Below are positions 48,740 through 58,815 of a DNA stretch of 64,000 nucleotides, piece after piece. The stretch is taken from the NCBI GenBank assembly GCA_047947115.1, contig CP170459.1:1536001-1600000 (forward strand), written 5' to 3'. How positions within the stretch are numbered: the first letter of the stretch is position 1; each line of letters opens with the position of its first letter. Both the position numbers and the translations under genes were made by a program. The notes beneath the pieces were generated by a model. It was not told where the DNA came from. It did not search any database and saw only the letters and a list, made by a program, of their open reading frames with translations. The DNA comes from Verrucomicrobiota bacterium (GTDB taxonomy: Bacteria > Verrucomicrobiota > Verrucomicrobiia > Limisphaerales > AAA164-E04).

Positions 48740-50191
48740 ATGCACTCATTGAATTCCTACCTGCGATGCTGCTTCATTATCGCTTCATGGTTGGCGTGCA
48801 GTATTGGCCATGCAGCTGATGATCGTCCCAACATCCTGTTCATGATGGCGGATGATCACACTTCGCAGGCATGGGGATGTTATGGATCCAGATTCTCACC
48901 TCATTTCACCACCCCCAACATCGATCGAATTGCAAAGGAAGGAGCCAGACTGACTCATTGTTTTGTGACCAATTCCATATGTGTGCCAAGTCGGGCCTGC
49001 ATCCTGACTGGGCAATACAGTCATGTAAATGGTGTGAAAACCCTTGCCGATAGTTTGGACCCGAAAAAGCAACATGTTGGACATTTGTTGCAGGCAGCTG
49101 GTTATCAAACCAGTTTGATTGGGAAATGGCATTTAAAGTCAGTGCCAAGTGGATTTGATTATTGGAACATCATCAAGGGGCAAGGCCGGTATCACGAACC
49201 TGTCATGTACGAAATGGATATGGAAAATCCCAAAGTACAAAAAGGGGGCTACTCCACAGATGTGTTCACAACCACCGCTTTGAACTGGTTGGATCGGCGG
49301 GAAAAGAATCGACCATTTTGCCTGATGCTTCATTTCAAGGCGACTCATGAACCCTGGCAATTCCATGCGCGGCATGCGGATTTATTTGAAAATGTATCAT
49401 TTCCGGAACCTGAAGACATGCTTGGTGCAACTGGGCCAGTTCACTCTCGGATACCGGGTTGGCCGTTGGAAATTTTAACCAAAAGAATGACAAGTCATCC
49501 AAATCACGGAAACGGTTATTTGAAACTGACTAGTCAGGATCCAGTGGCGATACGTAGGCAGACCTATCAGAAATTCATAAAGGACTACCTTCGTTGTGCG
49601 GTAGCTATTGATGAGAATATAGGCAGGGTTCTGGATTACCTTGATCGGAACGAACTGACACGAAAAACAGTGATTATTTACACCAGCGACCAGGGATACT
49701 TCCTTGGGGAGCATAACTATTTCGATAAGCGATTCATGCTTGAAGAAAGTCTGAGAATGCCATTGGTGATAAAGTATCCGGAAGAGATAATAGAAGGCAC
49801 CGTTAATAAGGACATGATACTCAATGTGGACTTTGCAGCCACGATACTTGATTATGCGGGGCAAAAAACTCCCTCAACAATGCAGGGAAAAAGTTTTAGG
49901 GAGAACTTAAGGGGGAATACGCCAGCAAACTGGCGAGAATCCATGTATTACCGATACTGGGAAAATAGTGAGGAAAGACCGGCTCATTATGGAATTCGCA
50001 CTTATGCGGATAAATTGATTTACTATGATGGGTTGAAAAGTGGAGTCAAAGAATCACGCTGGGAGTATTACGATCTTAAGACAGATCCAGGGGAAACCCT
50101 CAATGCTTATGATACTGCTTTAGATCAAAAAAGAGAAGAAACGCTGAAAAAGTTGTTGTCAGACTGGCGGAAAACACTGGGTGACGAATAA
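48740..50191 (+). CDS. Sulfatase (formylglycine-dependent, Cys type)
   Basis: 'RPNILFMMADDH', CVPSRACILTG, GKWHL, 'YTSDQGYFLGEH'. Confidence 0.96.
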   Translation: MHSLNSYLRCCFIIASWLACSIGHAADDRPNILFMMADDHTSQAWGCYGSRFSPHFTTPNIDRIAKEGARLTHCFVTNSICVPSRACILTGQYSHVNGVKTLADSLDPKKQHVGHLLQAAGYQTSLIGKWHLKSVPSGFDYWNIIKGQGRYHEPVMYEMDMENPKVQKGGYSTDVFTTTALNWLDRREKNRPFCLMLHFKATHEPWQFHARHADLFENVSFPEPEDMLGATGPVHSRIPGWPLEILTKRMTSHPNHGNGYLKLTSQDPVAIRRQTYQKFIKDYLRCAVAIDENIGRVLDYLDRNELTRKTVIIYTSDQGYFLGEHNYFDKRFMLEESLRMPLVIKYPEEIIEGTVNKDMILNVDFAATILDYAGQKTPSTMQGKSFRENLRGNTPANWRESMYYRYWENSEERPAHYGIRTYADKLIYYDGLKSGVKESRWEYYDLKTDPGETLNAYDTALDQKREETLKKLLSDWRKTLGDE

Positions 50192-50418
50192 TTTGCATTA
50201 AAAAACGCAAAAAAGGGCGTTCCATAAGCCTGAATAATGAATCTTGATTGACTTAAGAGCATGGCTGTGATTGCATTCTTTTGTTGGTTGATCCAAAAAA
50301 ATCGTGAGGAAATGAAAGAAAGCCCCTCTGATCGGCCAAAACAAACCAATTAATTTAAATAGCTGCTGTCTCTTCTGATCAAAATTGCCAAAAAAATGGT
50401 TCACATTTAAAATAATGT

Positions 50419-50434
50419 TGGCCTGAATTTTGCT
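50419..50434 (+). promoter_or_regulatory. sigma54 -24/-12 promoter of the MBG adhesin gene
   Basis: TGGCCTGAATTTTGCT: GG-N10-GC with TTGCT, downstream of a ~220-bp AT-rich region. Confidence 0.6.
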
Positions 50435-50579
50435 TTTTATGCGATTTGATGTATTGTGATACGGCATTCCATCGTTAATGAAGGCTGTGTTAAGGCATTT
50501 AGCCTAGTTTTCATTTGACGATTTGCTGGAAGTGATGCAAATTGAGTTCCAATTTTATTGGGAAAACGCACGTACTAAC

Positions 50580-53500
50580 ATGAATAGAGTTATGAAACTA
50601 AAACCATCAGGCGGTTGCCGGATATTTCTGGCGGCCTTCGTTGCCACGCTAGCTAGTGTGGCCCAGTTGTTTGCAGCTGATGCTGCAATTAATTGGAGCA
50701 ATCCGGCTGATATCGTTTATGGGACGCCTCTGAGCAGCGCTCAGCAGAACGCCACATTTACGAATCCAGACACGGGTGCTTCATTGCAGGGGACTGTTAT
50801 ATACACCCCGTTGGCCGGCACGTATCTTAATGCCGGAAGTCAGCAAGCACTGACCGTCACCTTTGTGCCGAACTCCAACCAGGGAGTCAACGCGAATGCG
50901 GTGACCAAAACGGTGTTCCTCAATGTGCAGAAAGCACCTTTGACTGCGTCGGCACCAAGTATAACTGCCGAATATGGAACAGCAGTTGCCAACTACATAG
51001 CAGGCCTGAATGGTGATCTGGTCACTTACAGTGGATTTGTTCGCAATGAAAACAAAGATAGCGCTGGCGCAATCTCTGTGAAACCTACCATTGAGATCAA
51101 AGATACTAACAACTCAACACCAGCTGGTTCTGTTAAGGCTGTTACATTTGCTACTCCGCCTTCATCGTCAAACTACAGTATAACTACGGTTAACGGAACA
51201 CTTACCATTGCTCCGAAGACCCTGGTTTTTGATTTGGCAAATAAAACCAAACTTTACGGTGAAACTCCTATTGCTCCACACTTGGACGTTCCTCAAGGAG
51301 CGACCGGTAATTTTGGTTTGGGCAATGATGGTCGCGGAACAGGTTGGGAAAATGGTCAAGACGCTAATGTAAAAGTTAGCCAGGTTCACAACGTTACTGA
51401 GAAATCAAATGTTGGAACCTATGACATCAACATCCTTTTGGAAGAAACTACTCCAAATATCCTGCGCAACTACACTGTGAAGATCAACAATGCGATCTAC
51501 ACAGTTACCAAACGTGATCTTCAGGTTGCTGTTGATCCAGCCAACGCGACTATCAAGTATGGAGAAAAATTCCCTACATTTAAGGCAACCTACACCATTG
51601 TTGAGCCAGGTGCGCAAACATTCGACATTGCCAATGTTAATAAAACTGGCAATGCCTTGTCTACCGTAAGCGGTGTATTGACTGGTGCTGTGTCGTTGGT
51701 GCTTCCAGCCGCTAATGCAAACGTTGCGAACTCGCCTCATGATGTCAAAACCGATGGTGGAACAACATTTGGCAACAACTTCAATATTGTTCGTGTTAAT
51801 GGTAAATTGACTGTTAATAAAACGGACCTGACCATTAAGGCGTCCAATCGTACAAAAATCACCGGTGTCGCACTGCCAGGTATCGGCTCGCTGCAAGTTG
51901 AGTTTCCTAATTCTGGAGATTTCAAATTTGGTGAAAGCCCATCAAATATCTTCAATCCGTTCCCACCAGAAATGCAGTACAGTTTTGTGAATCCAAACCC
52001 GGATCCAACTGCTGGTGACACAACGGACAATGCTGATTTGAATGTGAATAACGGTGTAGGTGCCAAGCCTGGTACTTATTCGTCCGCAATTGCATTCAAA
52101 AATCCAGCTCTAACAGCCGCCAACTACAACATTATTCAACAAAATGGTGATTTGAATGTTACCTTGCAACCGCTTCAGGTTAGCTGGGCACCTCAAACAA
52201 CCACTTTGACATATGGTGATGGATTTGACGCTACCAAGCATTTGAATGCAAAGGGAACAACGACTGTTCCATTTGGGAATGGCACTTACGCCATTCCATT
52301 CACCGTGACTTACGAAGCCTTCAATAAGGATAATGTTAGCCAAGGTGCTATAACGCCTGGTTCAACATTGCCTAGTGGAACCTTCCGAGTTACTGCGACT
52401 GTAAAAGTAAATCAGGCACAGATCACTGCTGATCAGAATGCAAATCCTGCACAAGCACCCGCTCAGGTACCTGCATTCGGTGATGGACTTGCTTCTCTTG
52501 ACTTCATCTTTGTTAAGAAAGCCCTGGAAGTTACCGCTGATAAGCAGGAACGCACATTTGGAAGCGCCAACGGTTTCGATAAAACAAAAGTTGCTTACAA
52601 AGGATTTGTTTTAGGTGATACCGATGCAAATCTGACCAAGAAGCCTGAAGTTGGTGATCCAACTAACGCGGCATCTGATGTGGGTGATTATAGCATCATT
52701 CCTTCAGGAGGCGAATCTGGGAACTATAGTTTCAACTATGTATCCAGCACCCTGAAAGTGAAGCCTGCTGCTACAACAGTTACTTGGAATCCTGAAGCTG
52801 CTGGTGGAGACGTTAAAAAACACGTTACCTATGGTACAGCTATGTCAGCTACACCAAACGTAAATGCCGCTGCTAACGGCGGTGTTGCCGGTACTATCAC
52901 CTACAGCATCAACATCAATGATCCTCGTGCTCTTACAGTTCCTACAACGGATGTGAAAGCCACGTTTACACCTTCTTCGCCCAATTATTCGAAGTCGGAA
53001 CTAACCAGAACGATCAATGTATTGCGTAAGGAATCTGTAGTTGCTCCATCAGGTCAGACATTGATCTTTGGTGACGACATTCCAGCCCTGAGTGGAACAG
53101 TTGGTTTCCTCGACGGTGATGGCATCGAAACCACCTTCAAATCCATTGCATACAAGGGTATCGATGTTGGTGATTATTTGATCTCAGCTGAGTTCAAAGA
53201 TACGTTCGGCCGATTGAAGAACTACAACATCAAGTTGCTCTCAGCAGCTGAAAACCGAATCAAAATCAACCCTGCTACATTGAACATTGAAACTCAAGAT
53301 CAGACAAGCGCAGTCAACGCAGGTGGCCCTAAAGCTACTGAGTTGAAATTGTTCGGTCTTAAGGCTGAAGCCAATGTTTTGGAAGGTATCGCAATGACCA
53401 AAGCAGAACTCGACTTGGCTTACACCCAAACCGGTGTAACCGTTGTTGATGAAGCTGATGGCAACAAGAACAAGACCTATGATAACACCAAGGTGACCTT

Positions 53501-56129
53501 GAACGACGCAATCAAGAACAATGCATTGTTGAGTCGTGTTTTCACCAGCTTGGCAAACATACCCACGATGTCTGTTCCTAATTTCAGTGACGCCAAAGAG
53601 GCTAACTTCGAAATTAAAACTGACGTAGATACCAAGCCGATTGCTGATGACGGTGATCCGATCGCTGTTGGTTCCAACTACAAGTTGGGCACTGTTTCCA
53701 ATGCCACATACGGTGTTGGAAAAGCAAAACCTGCCATCACTTGGACCGACAAGGCAATCACCTACGGTGCTGCTATCAAGACCGACCAGTTGAATGCAAC
53801 TGTTCCTAATCCTCCCGAAGGATTGAACAACAAGAAGGGAACTTTTGTTTACAAGATTGGTGACGCCAATGGTTCTGATGCCTTGGGTGCTGTTTTGGAA
53901 ACCGGAACATACACCTTGCATGTGACCTATACTCCTCATCCTGATTTCTCTAATCAGTATTTGAGTGCAACCAAGACTATCAAGTTGACGGTTAACAAGG
54001 CACAGCTGGATGTTCATATTCCTAACATTACCAATTACATCTACGGTGATCCGTTGCCTGTTCTTCAAGCCATTGATCTGACCTATGGAACAGTTGTTAA
54101 CAACAACCTGACCAACGGATTCGTCAACGGTGATGATGCTAGTATTTTCAACAACGCTGGATCCATTCAGCCTGTTGTTGCGATTCTGCCAGCATTAAAC
54201 GCTAAACTTGAACCGACCGACTTCACAGTGGCAAACAGCCCTGCTCGAGTTGTCTTTGGTCAGGTTCCCGTAACGAAGAACTACAATATCAATATCTCCA
54301 CCGGTGTTATGACGATCAATCGTCGTGCACTGACTGTGAAGCCAGCTGATATTACCACGCCTTTCGGAATGAGTGTTCCGTTGACCTTGGAATACATCAA
54401 CCTGGCTCCTGGAGAAACGGCCGCCAACTTGAGCAATCCTGGATTTGCTTTCATGAACCCATCCGCAAACATTGCGACATTGGCTCCTGGAACATATTCC
54501 ACATTTGCTAATGGTGCCTTCGGTAACAACTATGTTGTGACCCACGCTCCTGGTAACCTGATCGTTGACCGTGCGCTTGCTGTGATTAACATCAACAACA
54601 ATGTTCACACATATGATGGTTCCACAAAGTCTGTGACTGTCACCACCGTTCCTGCTGGTTTGTCAACCACAGTCACTTATGATGGCAATGCTCAGCCTCC
54701 TGTGAATGCAGGTAGCTATGCAGTCAGCGTGACAGTGAATGATCCCAACTATCAGGGAACCGTGAACGGCACCTTGGTTATCAATAGGGCCGCTGCAACC
54801 GTCGCAGTTTCTGATACTGTTCGGGTCTATGATGGCACACCTAAGTTCGCTACCGTAGCAACCACACCTGCAGGACTCCCCGTAAGTGCTACTTACAACA
54901 AGAACCCTGCCGGTGCCACAGCAGCGGGAACATACGACCTCAAGGTGACGGTTACTGATCCTAACTACACAGGTAGTGCTGAAGGCGCGTTTGTGGTAGA
55001 AAAAGCTACTGCTCAGATTGCTCTGTTGAACACTCAACAAGTGTTTGACGGAACTCCTAAGACAGTGGGCGTTCAAACCACTCCTGAGGGAATGACTGCA
55101 ATTGTTAACTACAATGGTCAAACCACTGCACCTAGTGCTGTTGGAACCTACGATGTGACAGTTGCCATCTCGAATGCCAACTACAAAGGAACCGCAACGG
55201 GTCAGTTGAACATTCTCAGTGCAGCGACCATCTCACTGTCCAACACCAGTGTTTCATACACCGGTAATGCTCAGAGTGTCACTGTTACCACTGCTCCTGC
55301 TGGATTGAAAGTGAATGTGACCTACAACAAGAGTCCTAACGCTCCTACAGCAGCCGGAACCTATGAAGTTGTCGCCACTATCGAAGACGCCCTCTACAAG
55401 GGATCTGCGAAGGTCACGTTCAGAATCCTCAAGGCTAACGCAACAATTCAGTTTGTTGCTAGCTCATTGGAAACGAACTGGCAATCACCTGCTGCCGCTC
55501 AGGTCACCACCAATCCTGCCGGATTGAATACAGTGATCACATATAACGGTAGTACGACCTTGCCAACTGAGCCCGGTGATTACGAAGTAGTCGCTACGGT
55601 TGTCGGCAGCAACTATTCTGGTAGCGCCACTGCCACATTCAGTGTTGGCAAGGCTCCTCAGAACATCGCGTTCCCAGCCATTCCGAACCTGACGATCAGT
55701 GGTCAGCCTCTGTTGCTGATCTTGAATGCAACGTCTGATTCCGGATTGCCTGTGAATTACACAGTGACTGCTGGTTCAGCAACCATCAACGGTAACGTGT
55801 TGACCGTAAACCAGCCAGGTAGTGTTGTTGTGACTGGTCAACAGTTGGGTAACGACCGTTACCTGGCTGCTGAGGAAAAAGTTCGTTCCTTCCAGGTGAG
55901 TGGAACCGGTGTTCCTCTGGGTGCACCTCAGACCACTGCATCGTTGACTGATGACGGCGACGTTAGCTTGAGTGTTTCTGGTGAACCTTTCACCACCTTG
56001 AGCGTGTATGCCGCAGATGTTCTCACCGGTGAATTCAAGCCAGTTGTCAAGATTGGTTTGGACCAGAACGGTAAAGGAACATACAACACTCCTACCGAAG
56101 GTGCTGAGCGTTACTTCCAAGTGAAGTAA
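50580..56129 (+). CDS. Large secreted MBG/Ig-like repeat surface protein (adhesin or S-layer-like)
   Basis: Signal peptide ending QLFA; Thr/Asn/Val/Gly-rich; 'WSNPADIVYGTPLSSAQ', 'KAPLT', and five tandem 'YDG..K.V.VTT.PAGL...TY' MBG repeats at ~54590-55650; ends 'ERYFQVK'. Confidence 0.9.
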   Translation: MNRVMKLKPSGGCRIFLAAFVATLASVAQLFAADAAINWSNPADIVYGTPLSSAQQNATFTNPDTGASLQGTVIYTPLAGTYLNAGSQQALTVTFVPNSNQGVNANAVTKTVFLNVQKAPLTASAPSITAEYGTAVANYIAGLNGDLVTYSGFVRNENKDSAGAISVKPTIEIKDTNNSTPAGSVKAVTFATPPSSSNYSITTVNGTLTIAPKTLVFDLANKTKLYGETPIAPHLDVPQGATGNFGLGNDGRGTGWENGQDANVKVSQVHNVTEKSNVGTYDINILLEETTPNILRNYTVKINNAIYTVTKRDLQVAVDPANATIKYGEKFPTFKATYTIVEPGAQTFDIANVNKTGNALSTVSGVLTGAVSLVLPAANANVANSPHDVKTDGGTTFGNNFNIVRVNGKLTVNKTDLTIKASNRTKITGVALPGIGSLQVEFPNSGDFKFGESPSNIFNPFPPEMQYSFVNPNPDPTAGDTTDNADLNVNNGVGAKPGTYSSAIAFKNPALTAANYNIIQQNGDLNVTLQPLQVSWAPQTTTLTYGDGFDATKHLNAKGTTTVPFGNGTYAIPFTVTYEAFNKDNVSQGAITPGSTLPSGTFRVTATVKVNQAQITADQNANPAQAPAQVPAFGDGLASLDFIFVKKALEVTADKQERTFGSANGFDKTKVAYKGFVLGDTDANLTKKPEVGDPTNAASDVGDYSIIPSGGESGNYSFNYVSSTLKVKPAATTVTWNPEAAGGDVKKHVTYGTAMSATPNVNAAANGGVAGTITYSININDPRALTVPTTDVKATFTPSSPNYSKSELTRTINVLRKESVVAPSGQTLIFGDDIPALSGTVGFLDGDGIETTFKSIAYKGIDVGDYLISAEFKDTFGRLKNYNIKLLSAAENRIKINPATLNIETQDQTSAVNAGGPKATELKLFGLKAEANVLEGIAMTKAELDLAYTQTGVTVVDEADGNKNKTYDNTKVTLNDAIKNNALLSRVFTSLANIPTMSVPNFSDAKEANFEIKTDVDTKPIADDGDPIAVGSNYKLGTVSNATYGVGKAKPAITWTDKAITYGAAIKTDQLNATVPNPPEGLNNKKGTFVYKIGDANGSDALGAVLETGTYTLHVTYTPHPDFSNQYLSATKTIKLTVNKAQLDVHIPNITNYIYGDPLPVLQAIDLTYGTVVNNNLTNGFVNGDDASIFNNAGSIQPVVAILPALNAKLEPTDFTVANSPARVVFGQVPVTKNYNINISTGVMTINRRALTVKPADITTPFGMSVPLTLEYINLAPGETAANLSNPGFAFMNPSANIATLAPGTYSTFANGAFGNNYVVTHAPGNLIVDRALAVININNNVHTYDGSTKSVTVTTVPAGLSTTVTYDGNAQPPVNAGSYAVSVTVNDPNYQGTVNGTLVINRAAATVAVSDTVRVYDGTPKFATVATTPAGLPVSATYNKNPAGATAAGTYDLKVTVTDPNYTGSAEGAFVVEKATAQIALLNTQQVFDGTPKTVGVQTTPEGMTAIVNYNGQTTAPSAVGTYDVTVAISNANYKGTATGQLNILSAATISLSNTSVSYTGNAQSVTVTTAPAGLKVNVTYNKSPNAPTAAGTYEVVATIEDALYKGSAKVTFRILKANATIQFVASSLETNWQSPAAAQVTTNPAGLNTVITYNGSTTLPTEPGDYEVVATVVGSNYSGSATATFSVGKAPQNIAFPAIPNLTISGQPLLLILNATSDSGLPVNYTVTAGSATINGNVLTVNQPGSVVVTGQQLGNDRYLAAEEKVRSFQVSGTGVPLGAPQTTASLTDDGDVSLSVSGEPFTTLSVYAADVLTGEFKPVVKIGLDQNGKGTYNTPTEGAERYFQVK

Positions 56130-56164
56130 TAGGACGCGCGTTTCATAACTTTATCTGAAAGCAA

Positions 56165-56198
56165 ACCAGGGGCAGTCAAGCTGCCCCTGGTCTTTTTG
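56165..56198 (+). terminator. Intrinsic terminator
   Basis: accaggggcag-tcaag-ctgcccctggt followed by ctttttg. Confidence 0.88.
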
Positions 56199-56261
56199 TA
56201 TCCAAGTTTTGTATACATCCTTGTCCTTGTTGTGAACCTTCTTGATCGAACAAAAGCATTA

Positions 56262-57881
56262 ATGGGCGGACGAATGTTGCGTGATATTCGCGGCACCATG
56301 GTGATCGCCCTTTTTGGAAGGGTGTGTCACTTCTTTGCTTTTGTTTATGCTGCACGGTGCCTGGGTGATGGGCTTGGGGAATCAACCGAGGCTTTGGGGT
56401 GGGCTCAATACTTGCAGTTTGTGTTAACGTTGGGATTAGACATTGTAGCTGTAAGGCATTTGGCAGCTAAATCGATCAGTTTTGATCAGTTGGTGCCAAG
56501 CGTATTTACCTCAAGGCTTCTAATTTATGGTTTCTGTTCGCTGGTTTGGGTTTTTGGTTTGTTGTGTTTGAAACTTCCTTGGCATGTTTTTCAGCTGTGG
56601 CTCGCCGCTGTGCTGAATTTGTTTACGTTAGGGATGAGTTTTCAATGGGTATTTCAAGGAAAGGAACGCATGCCAGCTTTCACCTTGATACAGGCGTTGA
56701 TATCTGCCTGTATTTTGTGCTGCTTCCTCGTTGGTTTTAGTGTCGGTGATTCACCTCAATTATCCAGAAATGATGTTCGTTTTCCTAATGAAATTGCTTC
56801 TCATTTAAGGGAATCCATCCGACCAGTCGATCAGTGGTTACTGGACCAACTATCAGACGAAACCAAAATCACATTGAATCTTCGTAATGAGGCGGCTTTT
56901 GATGAAGATCAATTTACTAATGCGGTCATTAATGATCTCAATAGAATCATCCAGGGAGATTTGATTGATTCAAGGAATCTTGAAGGAATTCAATTGGATC
57001 CTGTTATCAATGAAATGTTGTTTCAGCAGCCTGTTGGGATGCAGGTTCAAAAATTGAACCGTCAAATTTTGGAGGAAGTGTTTGGAGACAAGATAAGTAA
57101 GATAAACCTTGGTACGAAGGCAGGAGCTGATCTATGGGTCATGGGAATTTGTCAATTGTTGGTCACTACTGGGGCATGGATTTATATTAAAATTTATTAT
57201 CGCGTATCCCTTTATGCTAAAAGGAAGTGGCGTGATATTGGAGTATACATTAATGAAGGATTACCAAATTGGATTTTCGGACTTTTATACAACACTTTGA
57301 TTACAGTAGGAATGTTGAGTTTAAAGAGATTATCGGCCGGCAACGCTCAATTTGCAAACCATGATGACGCTTATGCCACTCTCTATCGCCTGGCGCTAGC
57401 TGTTCATTTTATTTTAGCTTTTATTGGTTCAGTCATTTATACGCGCATTGTTATCTGGAAAAATGAACGTAATGACTTTTTCTTTCGTGTGGCTTTGGTT
57501 TGTTCCGGAGTCATTGTTTGTGGCGTATTGTCCTGTTCCGTGATTCACTGGGTGCATCCCGTCTTGTATCCATTTCTATTTCAGAAAGAGGTGTTTTTGC
57601 CCGCAGCTCCCTACATGTCTTTAATGTTGTTAGGGCGATTTGTTGGGTTAACCAGCGGCATTCTTGTATGGGGTATGTTGGCTTATCACCGTGATTGGCG
57701 CGCTGTGTATTGTGCTATTATTCCAGTTTCAGGATCCGTTTTGTTGCATTTTTTACTCGTTCCTCAATATGGTATGCATGCCGCCGTGTTACTCAATTTG
57801 GGAGGAGAATTAGGACTTTTCTTTTTTTGCCTGATCGGGTTTGTGGGACTTCGTAAATCTGTTCAATTTCGTAGAAAATGA
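56262..57881 (+). CDS. Oligosaccharide flippase (Wzx-like, MOP superfamily) with an inserted soluble domain
   Basis: Multi-TM; 'YAARCLG', 'LGLDIVAVR', 'WVFQGKERM', 'LLVPQYGMHAA'. Confidence 0.78.
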   Translation: MGGRMLRDIRGTMVIALFGRVCHFFAFVYAARCLGDGLGESTEALGWAQYLQFVLTLGLDIVAVRHLAAKSISFDQLVPSVFTSRLLIYGFCSLVWVFGLLCLKLPWHVFQLWLAAVLNLFTLGMSFQWVFQGKERMPAFTLIQALISACILCCFLVGFSVGDSPQLSRNDVRFPNEIASHLRESIRPVDQWLLDQLSDETKITLNLRNEAAFDEDQFTNAVINDLNRIIQGDLIDSRNLEGIQLDPVINEMLFQQPVGMQVQKLNRQILEEVFGDKISKINLGTKAGADLWVMGICQLLVTTGAWIYIKIYYRVSLYAKRKWRDIGVYINEGLPNWIFGLLYNTLITVGMLSLKRLSAGNAQFANHDDAYATLYRLALAVHFILAFIGSVIYTRIVIWKNERNDFFFRVALVCSGVIVCGVLSCSVIHWVHPVLYPFLFQKEVFLPAAPYMSLMLLGRFVGLTSGILVWGMLAYHRDWRAVYCAIIPVSGSVLLHFLLVPQYGMHAAVLLNLGGELGLFFFCLIGFVGLRKSVQFRRK

Positions 57882-58789
57882 AGAATCCAATCAAACAAGC
57901 ATGGATCGCCTTCAAGTATTGGCGAACCTTTCGAAAGTATCCAGGTGTGTTTCGACTAGGAGACGCGTGTTTGCAAATTAGCAGAATTCTTGTGCCTGGT
58001 CGCCTCAATGATTCATATGCCTCTCGGGCGTTGAATCGTTATTTGGATATTTTTAAGGATTCTCATGGTGAACATATTTCGCGGATACGTTGTGTTCCCA
58101 TTGATCTTGATTATTTTTGGAATGCTCCGGTAGACAATAACATGTTTTTCATGGTGGAGCAGGAATTGAATCCCGAAAATCCCCACTGTTATACAACGTT
58201 GCCCATCAAGTTGGACGAAGTTCGAACAATCATTGATGTCGGAGCTTGCGAAGGTCTCTTCGCGTTTCGTATGGCAAAACAATTTCCATCCGCAGTCGTT
58301 CATTGTTTTGAGCCTTTTCAAGAAATGGCGGATTTGATAGATCTCGGTGCCATCGAAAATAGTTTGGTAGATCAAATCAAGGTCCACCCCTTGGCAGTGG
58401 GAGCCACTGAGGGTTTTGTTAAATTCATGGCTTCAGATTCTCCTGATGCGGGAGAGGTGATGTCATGTGCTGAATCGGACCCTGAGGCTATGCGGGCGAC
58501 GACTTTGGACCGCTTTGTTTCCAGTCAACAACTTGAGTTATCTCAGCGAGACTTGATTAAGATAGATGCCGAAGGTGCCGACCTTAATGTGCTGAAAGGG
58601 GGGGAGGACATGATCCGGCGTTACCGTCCGCAGATCGCTGTGACAACCTATCACAAGGATGAACATCCGGAGGAGATTTACACCTGGTTGAGAGATCTTG
58701 ATTTGGGATATCGATTTCGTTTAAAAGGATTTTCTTTTTGGACTGAGATACCTCGGCCGGTTTTATTGCAGGCCAGCACATTGGATTAA
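57878..58789 (+). CDS. FkbM family methyltransferase
   Basis: IIDVGACEG, 'VHCFEP', 'TTLDRF', 'LIKIDAEGAD..VLKGG', 'IAVTTYH'. Confidence 0.92.
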   Translation: MKNPIKQAWIAFKYWRTFRKYPGVFRLGDACLQISRILVPGRLNDSYASRALNRYLDIFKDSHGEHISRIRCVPIDLDYFWNAPVDNNMFFMVEQELNPENPHCYTTLPIKLDEVRTIIDVGACEGLFAFRMAKQFPSAVVHCFEPFQEMADLIDLGAIENSLVDQIKVHPLAVGATEGFVKFMASDSPDAGEVMSCAESDPEAMRATTLDRFVSSQQLELSQRDLIKIDAEGADLNVLKGGEDMIRRYRPQIAVTTYHKDEHPEEIYTWLRDLDLGYRFRLKGFSFWTEIPRPVLLQASTLD

Positions 58790-58815
58790 TCTGTCTTAAA
58801 AACGGATGCTTCGGT

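Noticed and set aside
54590..55650. Tandem repeats as CRISPR or DGR template/variable repeats
   Set aside because: These are diverged protein-level MBG domains; no identical nucleotide repeats, cas genes or reverse transcriptase.
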